From the NCBI GenBank assembly GCA_963725055.1, contig CAVRXE010000004.1, positions 7,808 through 71,807 on the forward strand: 64,000 nucleotides of DNA, written 5' to 3'. A program made the translations under genes and the position numbers. Each line of letters opens with the position of its first letter. Positions within the stretch are counted from its first letter, which is position 1. Source of the DNA: Candidatus Deferrimicrobiaceae bacterium (GTDB taxonomy: Bacteria; Desulfobacterota; Deferrimicrobia; Deferrimicrobiales; Deferrimicrobiaceae). Positions 21,522-30,382 of this stretch are shown here, piece by piece. The notes under the pieces were generated by a model. It saw only the letters and a list, made by a program, of their open reading frames with translations, searched no databases and was not told where the DNA came from.

Positions 21522-22270
21522 GGCATCTGGATCCCGCCGGAAACCGGCAGGTACGCGCCCGTGATGAAGCGCGCCTCCTCGGAAGCGAGGAAGAGGACCG
21601 CCCCCGCCACGTCCTCGGGGAGGCCGTTCCGCCGTAGCGGCGTCATCAGCGCGGAGGCGTCCTTCTCCTTCTGCGAAAGAAACGATGTCGCATCCGTCAA
21701 GGTGAGCCCCGGGGCGACCACGTTCACGCGGACGCCGTTCGGCCCCAGCTCGAGCGCGAGCGACTTCACGAAGGCGTCCAGCCCGGACTTCGCCGTGCTG
21801 TGCGCGCAGAACCCCTCTCCCGGGTGTCGGGACAGCCCGCTGCTGATCGCGATGACCGACCCCTTGCGGCGTTCCACCATCCCCGGCACGAACGCCTTGC
21901 AACAGAAGAAGGCGGACTTGAGCTCCCCGGTCAGCTTCGCCTCGAACTCCGGCCACGGGTATTGAAGAAAGGGGACGACGGGGAAGGAGATCGACGCGTT
22001 CAGCACGAGCACGTCGACCGGCCCGAGCTTCCGCTTCACCTCGTCCGCCATCGCCTCGCACTGCGACGCCTCCCGGACGTCCGCCTGGACGGCGATCGCC
22101 GTCCCGCCGACCTCCCGGATCGCCGCGACCACCTCCCCCGCGGCCGTCTCGCTCCGGAAATAGTTCACCGCCACGGCCGCACCGTGCTGCGCGAGGCGCT
22201 TCGCCGTCGCCGCCCCGATCCCGCGGCTCGCCCCCGTGACCACGACCACCCTTCCCTTCAACTGGAGCAT
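21518..22270 (-). CDS. SDR-family oxidoreductase (FabG-like)
   Basis: MLQLKGRVVVVTGASRGIGAATA (TGxxxGxG), a NASI segment and catalytic S...AHSTAKSGL (YxxxK-like with H at the Tyr position). The C-terminus is ITGAYLPVSGG. Confidence 0.85.
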   Translation of the reverse strand: MLQLKGRVVVVTGASRGIGAATAKRLAQHGAAVAVNYFRSETAAGEVVAAIREVGGTAIAVQADVREASQCEAMADEVKRKLGPVDVLVLNASISFPVVPFLQYPWPEFEAKLTGELKSAFFCCKAFVPGMVERRKGSVIAISSGLSRHPGEGFCAHSTAKSGLDAFVKSLALELGPNGVRVNVVAPGLTLTDATSFLSQKEKDASALMTPLRRNGLPEDVAGAVLFLASEEARFITGAYLPVSGGIQMP

Positions 22271-22346
22271 GACGTCCCCCTTCCCGTCGCGATTTCCATG
22301 CCGTCCCCGATGAGGATATCTTACCCTGTCACGGACGCACCAAATG

Positions 22347-22376
22347 AAAAAGGGCAAGGTCGACGTGCCCTTGCCC
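22347..22376 (-). terminator. candidate intrinsic terminator downstream of the small HeH/Cys-rich gene
   Basis: The minus strand reads GGGCAAGG-gcacgtcga-CCTTGCCC followed by TTTTTCATTT. Confidence 0.55.
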
Positions 22377-22420
22377 TTCATTAGAAAGAGAACTGCGCCG
22401 GGTTTACATTCCGGTGAGGA

Positions 22421-22630
22421 TCAGCGGATCTCCTCCGCGACGGAGACCCTGAAACATTCTTCCCGCCAGAGGCAATCCTCCTGGCTGCACTCCTCCTCGG
22501 CCGCCGTACCGAAGCAGTCAAAGTTTCCCTCCGCCCGCTGGATGGCCCGGATGAGCTCGGCCTTCTCCATCCGGGTCGGGCGGATTCCAAGCTGCCGCGC
22601 GATGTCGCGGATCTCCTTCATGGTTGGCAT
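22421..22630 (-). CDS. small protein with an N-terminal SAP/Rho_N-like helix-extension-helix motif and a 4-Cys tail
   Basis: 69 aa: MPTMKEIRDIARQLGIRPTRMEKAELIRAIQRAEG then CFGTAAEEECSQEDCLWREEC. The region has lower G+C than its surroundings and the gene has its own terminator candidate. Confidence 0.6.
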   Translation of the reverse strand: MPTMKEIRDIARQLGIRPTRMEKAELIRAIQRAEGNFDCFGTAAEEECSQEDCLWREECFRVSVAEEIR

Positions 22631-22821
22631 AGCGCACCTCCTCCATCCCGCAGGTTTCCACTCGCGCCTCGTCCACGATTATATACAGTATATACCTTCA
22701 CCCCGGGGGGGTCGAAGCACGTCCATTTCCTCCCGCCCGCCGGGGCGAAAGGGCGCAGATCGGTGGGAACAGTCGGGAGGACGGACAGGGGGGGTACGGG
22801 ATGGACATCGTGGCGATATGA

Positions 22822-22875
22822 AAAAACCGGCACGGCGTACTCCCGTTCCCCGGAGTACGCCGTGCCGGAAAAAAC
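22822..22875 (-). terminator. intrinsic terminator (17-bp perfect stem) after the OmpA-family gene
   Basis: CCGGCACGGCGTACTCC (22828-22844) pairs with GGAGTACGCCGTGCCGG (22853-22869) across an 8-nt loop. A6 runs flank both sides, so on the minus strand the hairpin is followed by U6, and it could also act bidirectionally. Confidence 0.85.
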
Positions 22876-22899
22876 CGGACCGTTAGACCGATCCGTTAT

Positions 22900-23874
22900 T
22901 CACTTACTACCTACTATCTTCAGCACCACTCTACGGTTCTGGAACTGGCCTTCCTTCGTCTTGTTGTTCCCGATGGGTTCGGTTTCCCCTTTTCCCTCCG
23001 CGGTGATCTGATCGGGTGGGACAGCCTCGCCCACGAGATATTTCTTCACGGACTCCGCTCTCTGCTCGGACAGGTGCTGGTTGTATTTATCGCCGCCGCG
23101 GCTGTCCGTATGTCCCACCACGTGGAACTTGGCGTTCGGGTACTTCTTCGCGAAGTCGACTGCCTTCTGCAGCTCCGCGAGGTCCGCCGGCCTGATGTTC
23201 CATTTGGCCGTGTCGAAGTTGACGCGAAGGGTTACCTCGGCCCCCACTGGAGCGACGGCGGGAGGTACTCCCGGCGCGGCCATAGGAGGAGGAGCGGCCG
23301 CCACCGGGGGTTTCACCGTGACGGTTGCCGTCTCGTAGACGGTCCCGCCGGTCCCGGTCGCGGTCAACGTGTACGGGGTGGTTTCCTTGGGGCACACCTG
23401 CTTGGAGCCGCTCGCAGCGACGGCCCCCACCTCCTGATCGATCTCCGCCTTTTGCACGTTTTGCGAAGACCACGTCAAGGTCGAGCACTGTCCGGGGGAA
23501 ACCGCCTCCGGGTTCGCAGAAAATTTCACGACAGGAGGCTGACACGCCTTCGTCTTGGCAAGAAGCGTATCGGCCGCCTTATCCGCCTTGGGGATGGATG
23601 AATCCGACCATGGACCTGTTTTCATGACATCGTCCCAGGACTCGGTCGCTTGGTGGCGTACGCCGTCGAGTTCCGCCATGGCGATCGCAAGTTCCTTGGG
23701 AGCGCATTCCTTTGCGCCCTTGGGCGTCATATTCACCGCCTGGGCGATCTTCCCGGAGATGGCATTGAACTGGTCGGTTTCTCCCTTAGTCGCCTGACGG
23801 GTGCTGCCGCAGCCGGCCACCAGGAACGTCGCGAGGAGAATCGACAGGAGAAATATCAGATGCCGGTTCCTCAT
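22900..23874 (-). CDS. OmpA-family lipoprotein (DUF4398-like N-terminus, Ig-like middle, OmpA_C peptidoglycan-binding domain)
   Basis: Lipoprotein signal MRNRHLIFLLSILLATFLVAGC. The C-terminus is FDTAKWNIRPADLAELQKAVDFAKKYPNAKFHVVGHTDSRGGDKYNQHLSEQRAESVKKYL...NRRVVLKIV. Confidence 0.9.
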   Translation of the reverse strand: MRNRHLIFLLSILLATFLVAGCGSTRQATKGETDQFNAISGKIAQAVNMTPKGAKECAPKELAIAMAELDGVRHQATESWDDVMKTGPWSDSSIPKADKAADTLLAKTKACQPPVVKFSANPEAVSPGQCSTLTWSSQNVQKAEIDQEVGAVAASGSKQVCPKETTPYTLTATGTGGTVYETATVTVKPPVAAAPPPMAAPGVPPAVAPVGAEVTLRVNFDTAKWNIRPADLAELQKAVDFAKKYPNAKFHVVGHTDSRGGDKYNQHLSEQRAESVKKYLVGEAVPPDQITAEGKGETEPIGNNKTKEGQFQNRRVVLKIVGSK

Positions 23875-24158
23875 TTCGCACCTCCCTTGGCGATCCCCAG
23901 CGCCTTGGCGGAATAATCACTCGATTGCTTCGTTAAGATGTTGGCCTGCTTGGTGTCCCCTATTCCCGCGGAAAAATCCGCTTTCTTGATGTACTCTTCC
24001 GCCGCGTAGTATTCGAACGGCGCAGACCATTGGGCTCCCGCGGCTTTTGCTTTCTGCAGCTGCTCCTTGGCGTCCCGCATCGCGTTGGACGTCGCGCAAC
24101 CGGCTGCGAGCCCGGCGATCAGGATCACCGCGCATAAGACAATCGATGCTCGTTTCAT
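23871..24158 (-). CDS. DUF4398-like small lipoprotein
   Basis: MKRASIVLCAVILIAGLAAGC, then a helical AMRDAKEQLQKAKAAGAQWSAPFEYYAAEEYIKKA. Its stop overlaps the start of the OmpA-family gene by 4 nt. Confidence 0.7.
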   Translation of the reverse strand: MKRASIVLCAVILIAGLAAGCATSNAMRDAKEQLQKAKAAGAQWSAPFEYYAAEEYIKKADFSAGIGDTKQANILTKQSSDYSAKALGIAKGGAK

Positions 24159-24647
24159 CTAATGCCTCCTTTCGAAGTGTTTTTGCTGCCGAAGACCGTA
24201 TTCATTCACTCCAACCAGACGTTCCGACACCCCCCCTCCTGGTATCGCCTCCGCCTTTCCGGCGGTCGACTGCACGTCTCTCTGGTTTGATGATTAATAA
24301 TATTAAATATTCCGGCGGAAATGCAAGCCGTTGTTTGTCTGATTCCACGACCGGTGTTTGTCTTATGGTTTGAACGGCTTCCGAAGAGGGAATGACCGGT
24401 ATATCCATGTTCGTCTGCGCCGACGATAATGGGTTTACGTTATCTCCCGCCAAGTGCGGAAATCGTCGGAGCGGTTTTCACCGTGCATGGACAAGACCAG
24501 GGTGCTTCAGTCGTTCGCGGAGGCGATCCCGGGGGGCTTGAGCCGGCGAGGGCCGGGATTCGGCGGGGGCGAGAATTTTTCTTGAAGGTACGCCGTGGTC
24601 TGGTAGACTATCAAACACCTTTTTAATTCCAGACAGGAAGGAACTTC

Positions 24648-26342
24648 ATGGCGAACGTCACCACCGAGGTATTCGCCCCACCCGATCCCGCGTGGCGGGA
24701 TTACATCCAGCGGGGATGCGAGCGGGGGGTCCAGGGCAGGATCATCGAGTCGTGGCAGCGGTGCGGCCGGGTGGGCCTGAATCCGTTCGAACGGAACATC
24801 CCCGTCCCGGTCGCCTCCTCCCAGTTCAAGAAACGGTTGCAGGAGAACCTCGAGATCGTCGAGTTGTACCAGTTCTACATACGCCGCTTTTCCGGATTGC
24901 TGGAACAACTGGGCGCCTGTTCCTTCGTCTGCGATACCGACGGATTCATCCTCTCCCGGGCGGGGTACGGCAAGGTGCTGAACTTCTTCGACGATTTCTC
25001 GCTCTCCGAAGGCAGTTCCTGCTGCGAGAAAGTGATCGGGACGAACGCCCCGAGCCTGGCCCTCATCACCCGCGAACCGGTGGTGGTCACGGCCGACGAG
25101 CATTACACGAAGACCTACCACCCGGCGTTCTGCGCCGCTTCGCCGATTCTCGACGAGAACCGGAATCTCCTCGGGTGCGTGGACATCACCAAGTTCTTCG
25201 ACCCCAACATCTCCGAGGAGCTACGGAAGCACCTCCTGAACCTGGCCATCTCCCTCTCCGACATGATCCGCAACGAAGTCTTTCTCGCGCGGCTCACGAA
25301 GTCGTCCCCGGCGTATCACCCCGCGTGGGGCGCCGCCCCCCGGGACCCCCGCGATCCATCGATCGGGGAGATCCCGGATGGAACGCCGCGCCCTTCTTTC
25401 GCCCGCATCGTCGGCTCGGCCCCGCCGCTCGCCAAAGCGATGCAGACGGCGAGGACGTACGGCCGCAAGGAGGGGAACATCCTCATCCTCGGAGAGACCG
25501 GGACCGGGAAGGAACTCTTCGCCCAGGCGATCCATGACGAGGGCGGGCGGGCGAACGGCCCCTTCGTGACGGTCAACTGCGCCGCGATCCCGCTGGAGCT
25601 GGCGGAGAGCGAGCTGTTCGGCTACGAGCGGGGGGCGTTCACGGGGGCCAGGACGGAGGGGCACCCGGGAAAGTTCGAGATGGCCCACCAGGGGACCATC
25701 TTCCTCGACGAGATCAACTCGATGCCGCTGCCGGTCCAGGCGAAGATCCTGCGCGTCGTGGAGACGAAGCGGGTCACTCGGATCAACGGGAAGCGGGAGA
25801 TCCCGGTCGACGTCCGGATCATCGCGGCAAGCAACCGCGTGCTGGCCGACGAGGTGGCCGCCGGGACGTTCCGCAAGGACCTCTTCTACCGGCTGAACGT
25901 CCTTCCGTTGCGCGTTCCCGCGCTGAGGGACATGAAGGAGGACATCCCCGCCCTTCTCGACGCCTTCTTCCAGACGAGCGGGGAGGAGCACGGCATCTGC
26001 AGGAAGCGGTTATCCCCGGAAGCGTTGCGCCACCTGGTCTCGTACGACTGGCCCGGCAACGTTCGGGAGCTGAAGAATTGCGCGGAGTACCTCTGCTTCA
26101 CCGTGGAAACGGACGAGGTCGCGGAGCACCACCTCCCCCCCGAGATCCTCGACCGCAGGGTCGAGGCGACCGGGCCGCCGCCGGCGCAGGAGGAGCCGAA
26201 GAACCTCGGGTCGCTCGAGCGGATGTTCCTCATCGAGACGATGCGCAGGTTCCACGGGAACGCGGTCGAGGCCGCGAAGGCGCTCGGGATCTCCCGGAGC
26301 ACCCTATACCGCAAGCTCAAGAAACACGGGATCACCCCGTAG
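24648..26342 (+). CDS. sigma-54-dependent transcriptional activator, AcoR-like (GAF sensor, AAA+ domain, Fis-type HTH)
   Basis: The N-terminal GAF-like domain is about 220 aa. It is followed by [34 protein letters not shown] (GAFTGA loop), [10 protein letters not shown] and the C-terminal [24 protein letters not shown]. Confidence 0.9.
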   Translation: MANVTTEVFAPPDPAWRDYIQRGCERGVQGRIIESWQRCGRVGLNPFERNIPVPVASSQFKKRLQENLEIVELYQFYIRRFSGLLEQLGACSFVCDTDGFILSRAGYGKVLNFFDDFSLSEGSSCCEKVIGTNAPSLALITREPVVVTADEHYTKTYHPAFCAASPILDENRNLLGCVDITKFFDPNISEELRKHLLNLAISLSDMIRNEVFLARLTKSSPAYHPAWGAAPRDPRDPSIGEIPDGTPRPSFARIVGSAPPLAKAMQTARTYGRKEGNILILGETGTGKELFAQAIHDEGGRANGPFVTVNCAAIPLELAESELFGYERGAFTGARTEGHPGKFEMAHQGTIFLDEINSMPLPVQAKILRVVETKRVTRINGKREIPVDVRIIAASNRVLADEVAAGTFRKDLFYRLNVLPLRVPALRDMKEDIPALLDAFFQTSGEEHGICRKRLSPEALRHLVSYDWPGNVRELKNCAEYLCFTVETDEVAEHHLPPEILDRRVEATGPPPAQEEPKNLGSLERMFLIETMRRFHGNAVEAAKALGISRSTLYRKLKKHGITP

Positions 26343-26817
26343 GGGGTTTCCTCCGGTACGCCCCGCTTCTGCCGCCCTCCTTGGAGAGGAGGGAAACGTC
26401 CCCGATCGAGATCCCCCGGTCCGCACCTTTGCACATGTCGTAGACCGTGAGCGCGGCGACCGACGCCGAGACCATCGCCTCCATCTCCACGCCGGTCCGG
26501 TCGAACGCCTTCACCGTACTCGTGACGACGACCGTACCCCGTTCCCCGTCCACCTCGAAATCGATCGCCGCGGAGGAGAGTGCGATCGGGTGTGCCAGCG
26601 GGATCAGGTCGCACGTCCTCTTCGCCGCGGCGATTCCCGCGATCCGGGCGATCCCGAGCACGTCGCCCTTCTTCATTCCGCCGGCCCCGATCGCGGCGGC
26701 CGTCTCCTTCTTCATGAAGACCGTGGCGCACGCCACCGCCGTTCGACGGGTCGGCTCCTTCGCCCCCACGTCCACCATCACGGCCCGCCCGCCGTCGTCG
26801 AAATGGTTGAACGGCAT
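26332..26817 (-). CDS. moaC: cyclic pyranopterin monophosphate synthase MoaC
   Basis: [17 protein letters not shown]...[29 protein letters not shown]...[23 protein letters not shown]. The 3' end overlaps the convergent activator gene by 11 nt. Confidence 0.95.
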   Translation of the reverse strand: MPFNHFDDGGRAVMVDVGAKEPTRRTAVACATVFMKKETAAAIGAGGMKKGDVLGIARIAGIAAAKRTCDLIPLAHPIALSSAAIDFEVDGERGTVVVTSTVKAFDRTGVEMEAMVSASVAALTVYDMCKGADRGISIGDVSLLSKEGGRSGAYRRKPPTG

Positions 26818-26894
26818 CCTGCTCTTCCCTCCGGTTGGTACTTAGACTCCAGGCTCGCGGGGGCTTCCACTCCGCTTATTTATGAATTGAAACT

Positions 26895-27356
26895 TTACGG
26901 GATGCGCTCGATGGCGTCGCCGGGAGACACCTTGCCGGGCTTGACGACCCGGGCGAAGATCCCCTCCCTCGGCATCACGCAGTCGCCCGCCTGGTGGTAG
27001 ATGGCGCACCGGGTATGGCACTCCTTCCCGATCTGCGTCACCTCGAGCACCGCCTCCCCGATACGGAAACGCGCCCCCACCGGAAGCTCCGGAAGCAGGA
27101 TCCCCTCGGTGGTGACGTTCTCGGCGAAGTCGCCGGCCGACACGGAGAGCCCCTTCTGCCGCATCTTCTCGATGCTCTCGGCCGCCAGGAGGCTCACCTG
27201 GCGATGGCCGTCCCCGGCATGGGCATCTCCCAGCACCCCGTGGTCCGCGACGAGCGCGACCGACGGGACCGGCTTCTTCCGCTCCCCCTTCCGCTCGCTG
27301 ACGCAGACCGCGGCGACCCGCGCGCCCGACCCTCTCTCGTTCGACCGATCCCCCAC
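26895..27356 (-). CDS. MOSC domain protein
   Basis: GTG start at 27356. The text reads ...VAAVCVSERKGERKKPV...GVLGDAHAG.GHRQVSLLAAESIE...RFRIGEAVLEVTQIGKECHTRCAIYHQAGDCVMPREGIFARV. The start is chosen by homology extent, since the longer 256-aa ORF has an Arg/Gly-rich junk N-terminus. Confidence 0.8.
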   Translation of the reverse strand: MGDRSNERGSGARVAAVCVSERKGERKKPVPSVALVADHGVLGDAHAGDGHRQVSLLAAESIEKMRQKGLSVSAGDFAENVTTEGILLPELPVGARFRIGEAVLEVTQIGKECHTRCAIYHQAGDCVMPREGIFARVVKPGKVSPGDAIERIP

Positions 27357-27391
27357 CGCCACACCTCCGACCACCCCTGCCCTTCTGCGGG

Positions 27392-28402
27392 TCAGGGGAC
27401 CAGGACCGCGCGGAAGACGACCTTCCCCGCGCGCAGCCTCGAAACCACTTCGTTCACGCTCCCCAGGGGGTGCCGCTCGACCACCGGGGCGATCCCGTGC
27501 TTTGCGGCGAATCCCAACATCCTGTCCATGTCGTCCCGGGTGCCGGTCACCGAGCCGCGGATCGTCTTCTGCCCCTGGAGGAGGGCCGCGGGGACGAGCG
27601 ACGCGCTCTCCGCGACGGTAGCAAGCACCACGAGCGTCCCGTTCACGCCGAGACCCGGGACGCACTGCTCGAAAAGGCGGGCGGAAGCCGCCGTCAGCAG
27701 GATCAGGTCGGCGCCTCCCATCGAGGAGAGCCGCTTCCCGACTTTCTCCGTCCGCGAGAAGATTATCTCACGTGCGCCCAAACGCCGCACGAGATCGCCC
27801 CTCTCCTCCTCCTCGAGGACCGCCACGACCCGGGCCCCCATCGCGGACGCGAACCGGACCGCCAGGTGGCCGAGACCCCCGATTCCGGCCACTGCCACGG
27901 TCTTCCCTTCGAGGTCCCCCGCCCTGCGCAGCGGCGAGAAGACCGTGACACCTGCGCACAGGAGCGGGGCGGAGTCGACGAGGTCGAGCGGATCAGGGAT
28001 CTTGTGGACGAACGCCGCGGGCGCCTTCACGAACTCCGCGTAGCCGCCGTCCACGGTGACCCCGGTTCCCCGCTGCGCCGCGCAAAGCATCTCCGCCCCT
28101 TTTCGGCACGGCGCGCACTCCCCGCAGGCGAACTGCATCCACGGAACGCCCACCCGGTTCCCGGGCGCGAACCCGATCGCTTCGGGGCCGGCCTCCTCGA
28201 CGATCCCGGTCACCTCGTGCCCCGGGATGAACGGGGGGGTGGTTCCCCACTGCCGCCACTCCCCGTCGATCAGGTGGAGGTCGCTGTGGCAGACCCCGCA
28301 CGCGCTCACACGGATCAGAAGTTCGGCGCCGCCTGGGGAAGGCGCGGAAACCTCCGAGAGGACGAGCGGCTTCCCGAACGCCTCGCAGACGGCGGCTTTC
28401 AT
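27392..28402 (-). CDS. zinc-dependent alcohol dehydrogenase (MDR family)
   Basis: MKAAVCEAFGKPLVLSEV...ACGVCHSDLHLIDGEW...PGHEVTGIVEE...CGECAPCRKGAEMLC...VAVAGIGGLGHLAVRFA. Confidence 0.9.
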   Translation of the reverse strand: MKAAVCEAFGKPLVLSEVSAPSPGGAELLIRVSACGVCHSDLHLIDGEWRQWGTTPPFIPGHEVTGIVEEAGPEAIGFAPGNRVGVPWMQFACGECAPCRKGAEMLCAAQRGTGVTVDGGYAEFVKAPAAFVHKIPDPLDLVDSAPLLCAGVTVFSPLRRAGDLEGKTVAVAGIGGLGHLAVRFASAMGARVVAVLEEEERGDLVRRLGAREIIFSRTEKVGKRLSSMGGADLILLTAASARLFEQCVPGLGVNGTLVVLATVAESASLVPAALLQGQKTIRGSVTGTRDDMDRMLGFAAKHGIAPVVERHPLGSVNEVVSRLRAGKVVFRAVLVP

Positions 28403-28560
28403 CGAACGATTTCTCCCTTTGATTGCCTCATGCCTTGAAGTCCATAATGAATCGACATCCGGAGAATGTTCTTCTTTCATACTGGCACGCCGCACTGTTT
28501 GCTACAAGAATCGCATCCCATCATTGGAAATTCCGTTCAATTCCTGCAAGGAGGAATCCC

Positions 28561-30036
28561 ATGGGGGCTGCCGTACAGAAAGAATACGATCATTTCATCG
28601 GTGGAACGTGGCGAAAATCCGGTTCGGGGAAAACCATCGACGTCCTGAACCCGGCAACGGGAGAACTCCTGACCCGCGTGCCGGCAGGGGATTCCCGGGA
28701 CGTCGACGCGGCGGTCGCGGCCGCCAAGGAGGCGTTCGTCTCCTGGGGGAAGACCTCCGCCATCGAGCGCCAGGGGTTCCTGCTGGAAATCGCCAGCCGG
28801 ATCCATAAGCGGGCACGGGACTACGCGGAGCTGGAAACCATGGACGTCGGGAAGCCGATCCGTGAATCGATGAACATCGACATCCCGGTGGCGATCGACC
28901 ATTACCGGTATTTCGCCGGCGTGTTGCGGAATATCCACGGTCTTACCCAATCGATCGACCAGAACATGCTGCACCTCACCTTGCGCGAGCCCCTGGGGGT
29001 GGTAGGGCATATCCTTCCGTGGAACTTCCCGTTCCTGCTGGCGGCGTGGAAACTCGCACCGTCGCTGGCGGCCGGGAACACTGTGGTGATGAAGCCGGCG
29101 GAGCAGACCCCCCTCACCCTCCTCGAGCTCGCCAACGATCTGCGGGACGTCCTCCCGCCGGGGGTCCTGAACGTCGTCACCGGGTACGGGCCCGACGCGG
29201 GCGCTCCCCTGGCCAGCCATCCCGGTATCCGGAAGGTCTCCTTCACGGGCGAGACGACAACAGGGCGTCTCATCCTGCAGTACGCATCGGAGAACATCGT
29301 CCCCGCCACCATGGAGCTGGGCGGGAAGAGCCCGCACATTATCTTCCCCGATGCGAACGTCGAGAGGGCCATCGAAGGGGTGCTGATCGGAGTGTTCATC
29401 AGCCAGGGGGAGATCTGTACCGCCGGATCCCGCCTGTTCGTGCACGACGCAATCTACGACGCCTTCGTCGGAAAACTGGTCGCCAAGGTGAAGGGGATCA
29501 AGGTCGGTGACCCGATGAAACAGGGCACCCAGCTGGGAGCGATCGTCTCCAGGGAGCAGATGGAAAAGATCCTCTCGTACGTGGAGATCGGAAAGAAGGA
29601 GGGTGCGACCCTCCTTTGCGGCGGAACGCGGCCGTCCGACCCTGCCCTCTCCAATGGGTTCTTCGTCAACCCGACGATCTTCGGAGACGTCCGCAACAAG
29701 ATGCGAATCGCGCAGGAGGAGATCTTCGGCCCCGTGGTTTCCGTGATCCGGTGGAACGATTACGACGCCATGATCGCCGAGGCCAACGACACCCCCTACG
29801 GCCTCGCCTCGGGGCTTTGGACGGAGAATCTCTCCCTGGCCGTCAAGACCGCCAAGGCGTTGCAGGCGGGGACCGTCTGGATCAACAATTACAACAGTTT
29901 CTACGCCGGGGCGCCGTTCGGCGGGTACAAGAAAAGCGGTTTCGGAAGAGAGTGCGCCTTCGAAACGCTGCAATACTATACCCAGACAAAGAGCATCTTC
30001 GTCTCGACGGCGGAGAAGCCGGTCGGCCTTTATTAG
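28561..30036 (+). CDS. NAD(P)-dependent aldehyde dehydrogenase (acetaldehyde dehydrogenase AcoD-like)
   Basis: ATG at 28561 follows AAGGAGGAA. The text reads ...FIGGTWRKSGSGKTIDVLNPATGELL..., PWNFPFLLAAWKLAPSLAAGNTVVMKPAEQTP, MELGGKSP (catalytic Glu) and SQGEICTAGSR (catalytic Cys). Confidence 0.9.
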   Translation: MGAAVQKEYDHFIGGTWRKSGSGKTIDVLNPATGELLTRVPAGDSRDVDAAVAAAKEAFVSWGKTSAIERQGFLLEIASRIHKRARDYAELETMDVGKPIRESMNIDIPVAIDHYRYFAGVLRNIHGLTQSIDQNMLHLTLREPLGVVGHILPWNFPFLLAAWKLAPSLAAGNTVVMKPAEQTPLTLLELANDLRDVLPPGVLNVVTGYGPDAGAPLASHPGIRKVSFTGETTTGRLILQYASENIVPATMELGGKSPHIIFPDANVERAIEGVLIGVFISQGEICTAGSRLFVHDAIYDAFVGKLVAKVKGIKVGDPMKQGTQLGAIVSREQMEKILSYVEIGKKEGATLLCGGTRPSDPALSNGFFVNPTIFGDVRNKMRIAQEEIFGPVVSVIRWNDYDAMIAEANDTPYGLASGLWTENLSLAVKTAKALQAGTVWINNYNSFYAGAPFGGYKKSGFGRECAFETLQYYTQTKSIFVSTAEKPVGLY

Positions 30037-30053
30037 GAGGGGGGGATTCGACC

Positions 30054-30377
30054 GTGGAGCTTCGCTTCTCGGAAAGAGCGCGAAAACTTCTGGCGGAGAT
30101 CCACGGCGAACACCCGTCGGACACCCTCGTGATCCTCGTCGGGGGCGGCTGTTGCGAGAACACCGCCCCCATCCTGATGAAGAACTTTCGCGTGGGACAA
30201 AGCGACCGGCTTCTCGGGGAGGCGGACGGGGTCAAGGTATACGCCGCGGCGGATATGTACCCGCTCGTCTCCGCCACGCCGTCGATTATCGACGTGACGG
30301 ACGGACGGGGAGCGGGCAGCTTCTCGCTGGAGATCCCCCGCGGCGTCCGGCTTACGCTACGGTCCCTTCCGGGATAG
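30054..30377 (+). CDS. DUF779 protein (typical partner of acetaldehyde dehydrogenase genes)
   Basis: GTG start 18 nt after the aldh stop. The text reads VELRFSERARKLLAEIHGEHPSDTLVILVGGGCCENTAPILM...DVTDGRGAGSFSLE. Confidence 0.75.
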   Translation: MELRFSERARKLLAEIHGEHPSDTLVILVGGGCCENTAPILMKNFRVGQSDRLLGEADGVKVYAAADMYPLVSATPSIIDVTDGRGAGSFSLEIPRGVRLTLRSLPG

Positions 30378-30382
30378 AGGGT

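Noticed and set aside
28482-28502. Sigma-54-like TGGCAC...TTGCT about 60-80 nt upstream of the aldehyde dehydrogenase ATG, attractive because an AcoR-like activator is nearby.
   Set aside because: TGGCAC and TTGC are separated by 10 nt instead of 5. Sigma-54 promoters do not tolerate that spacing, and this zone shows no indel errors. I found no alternative -12 element at the right distance, nor a minus-strand match for adh.
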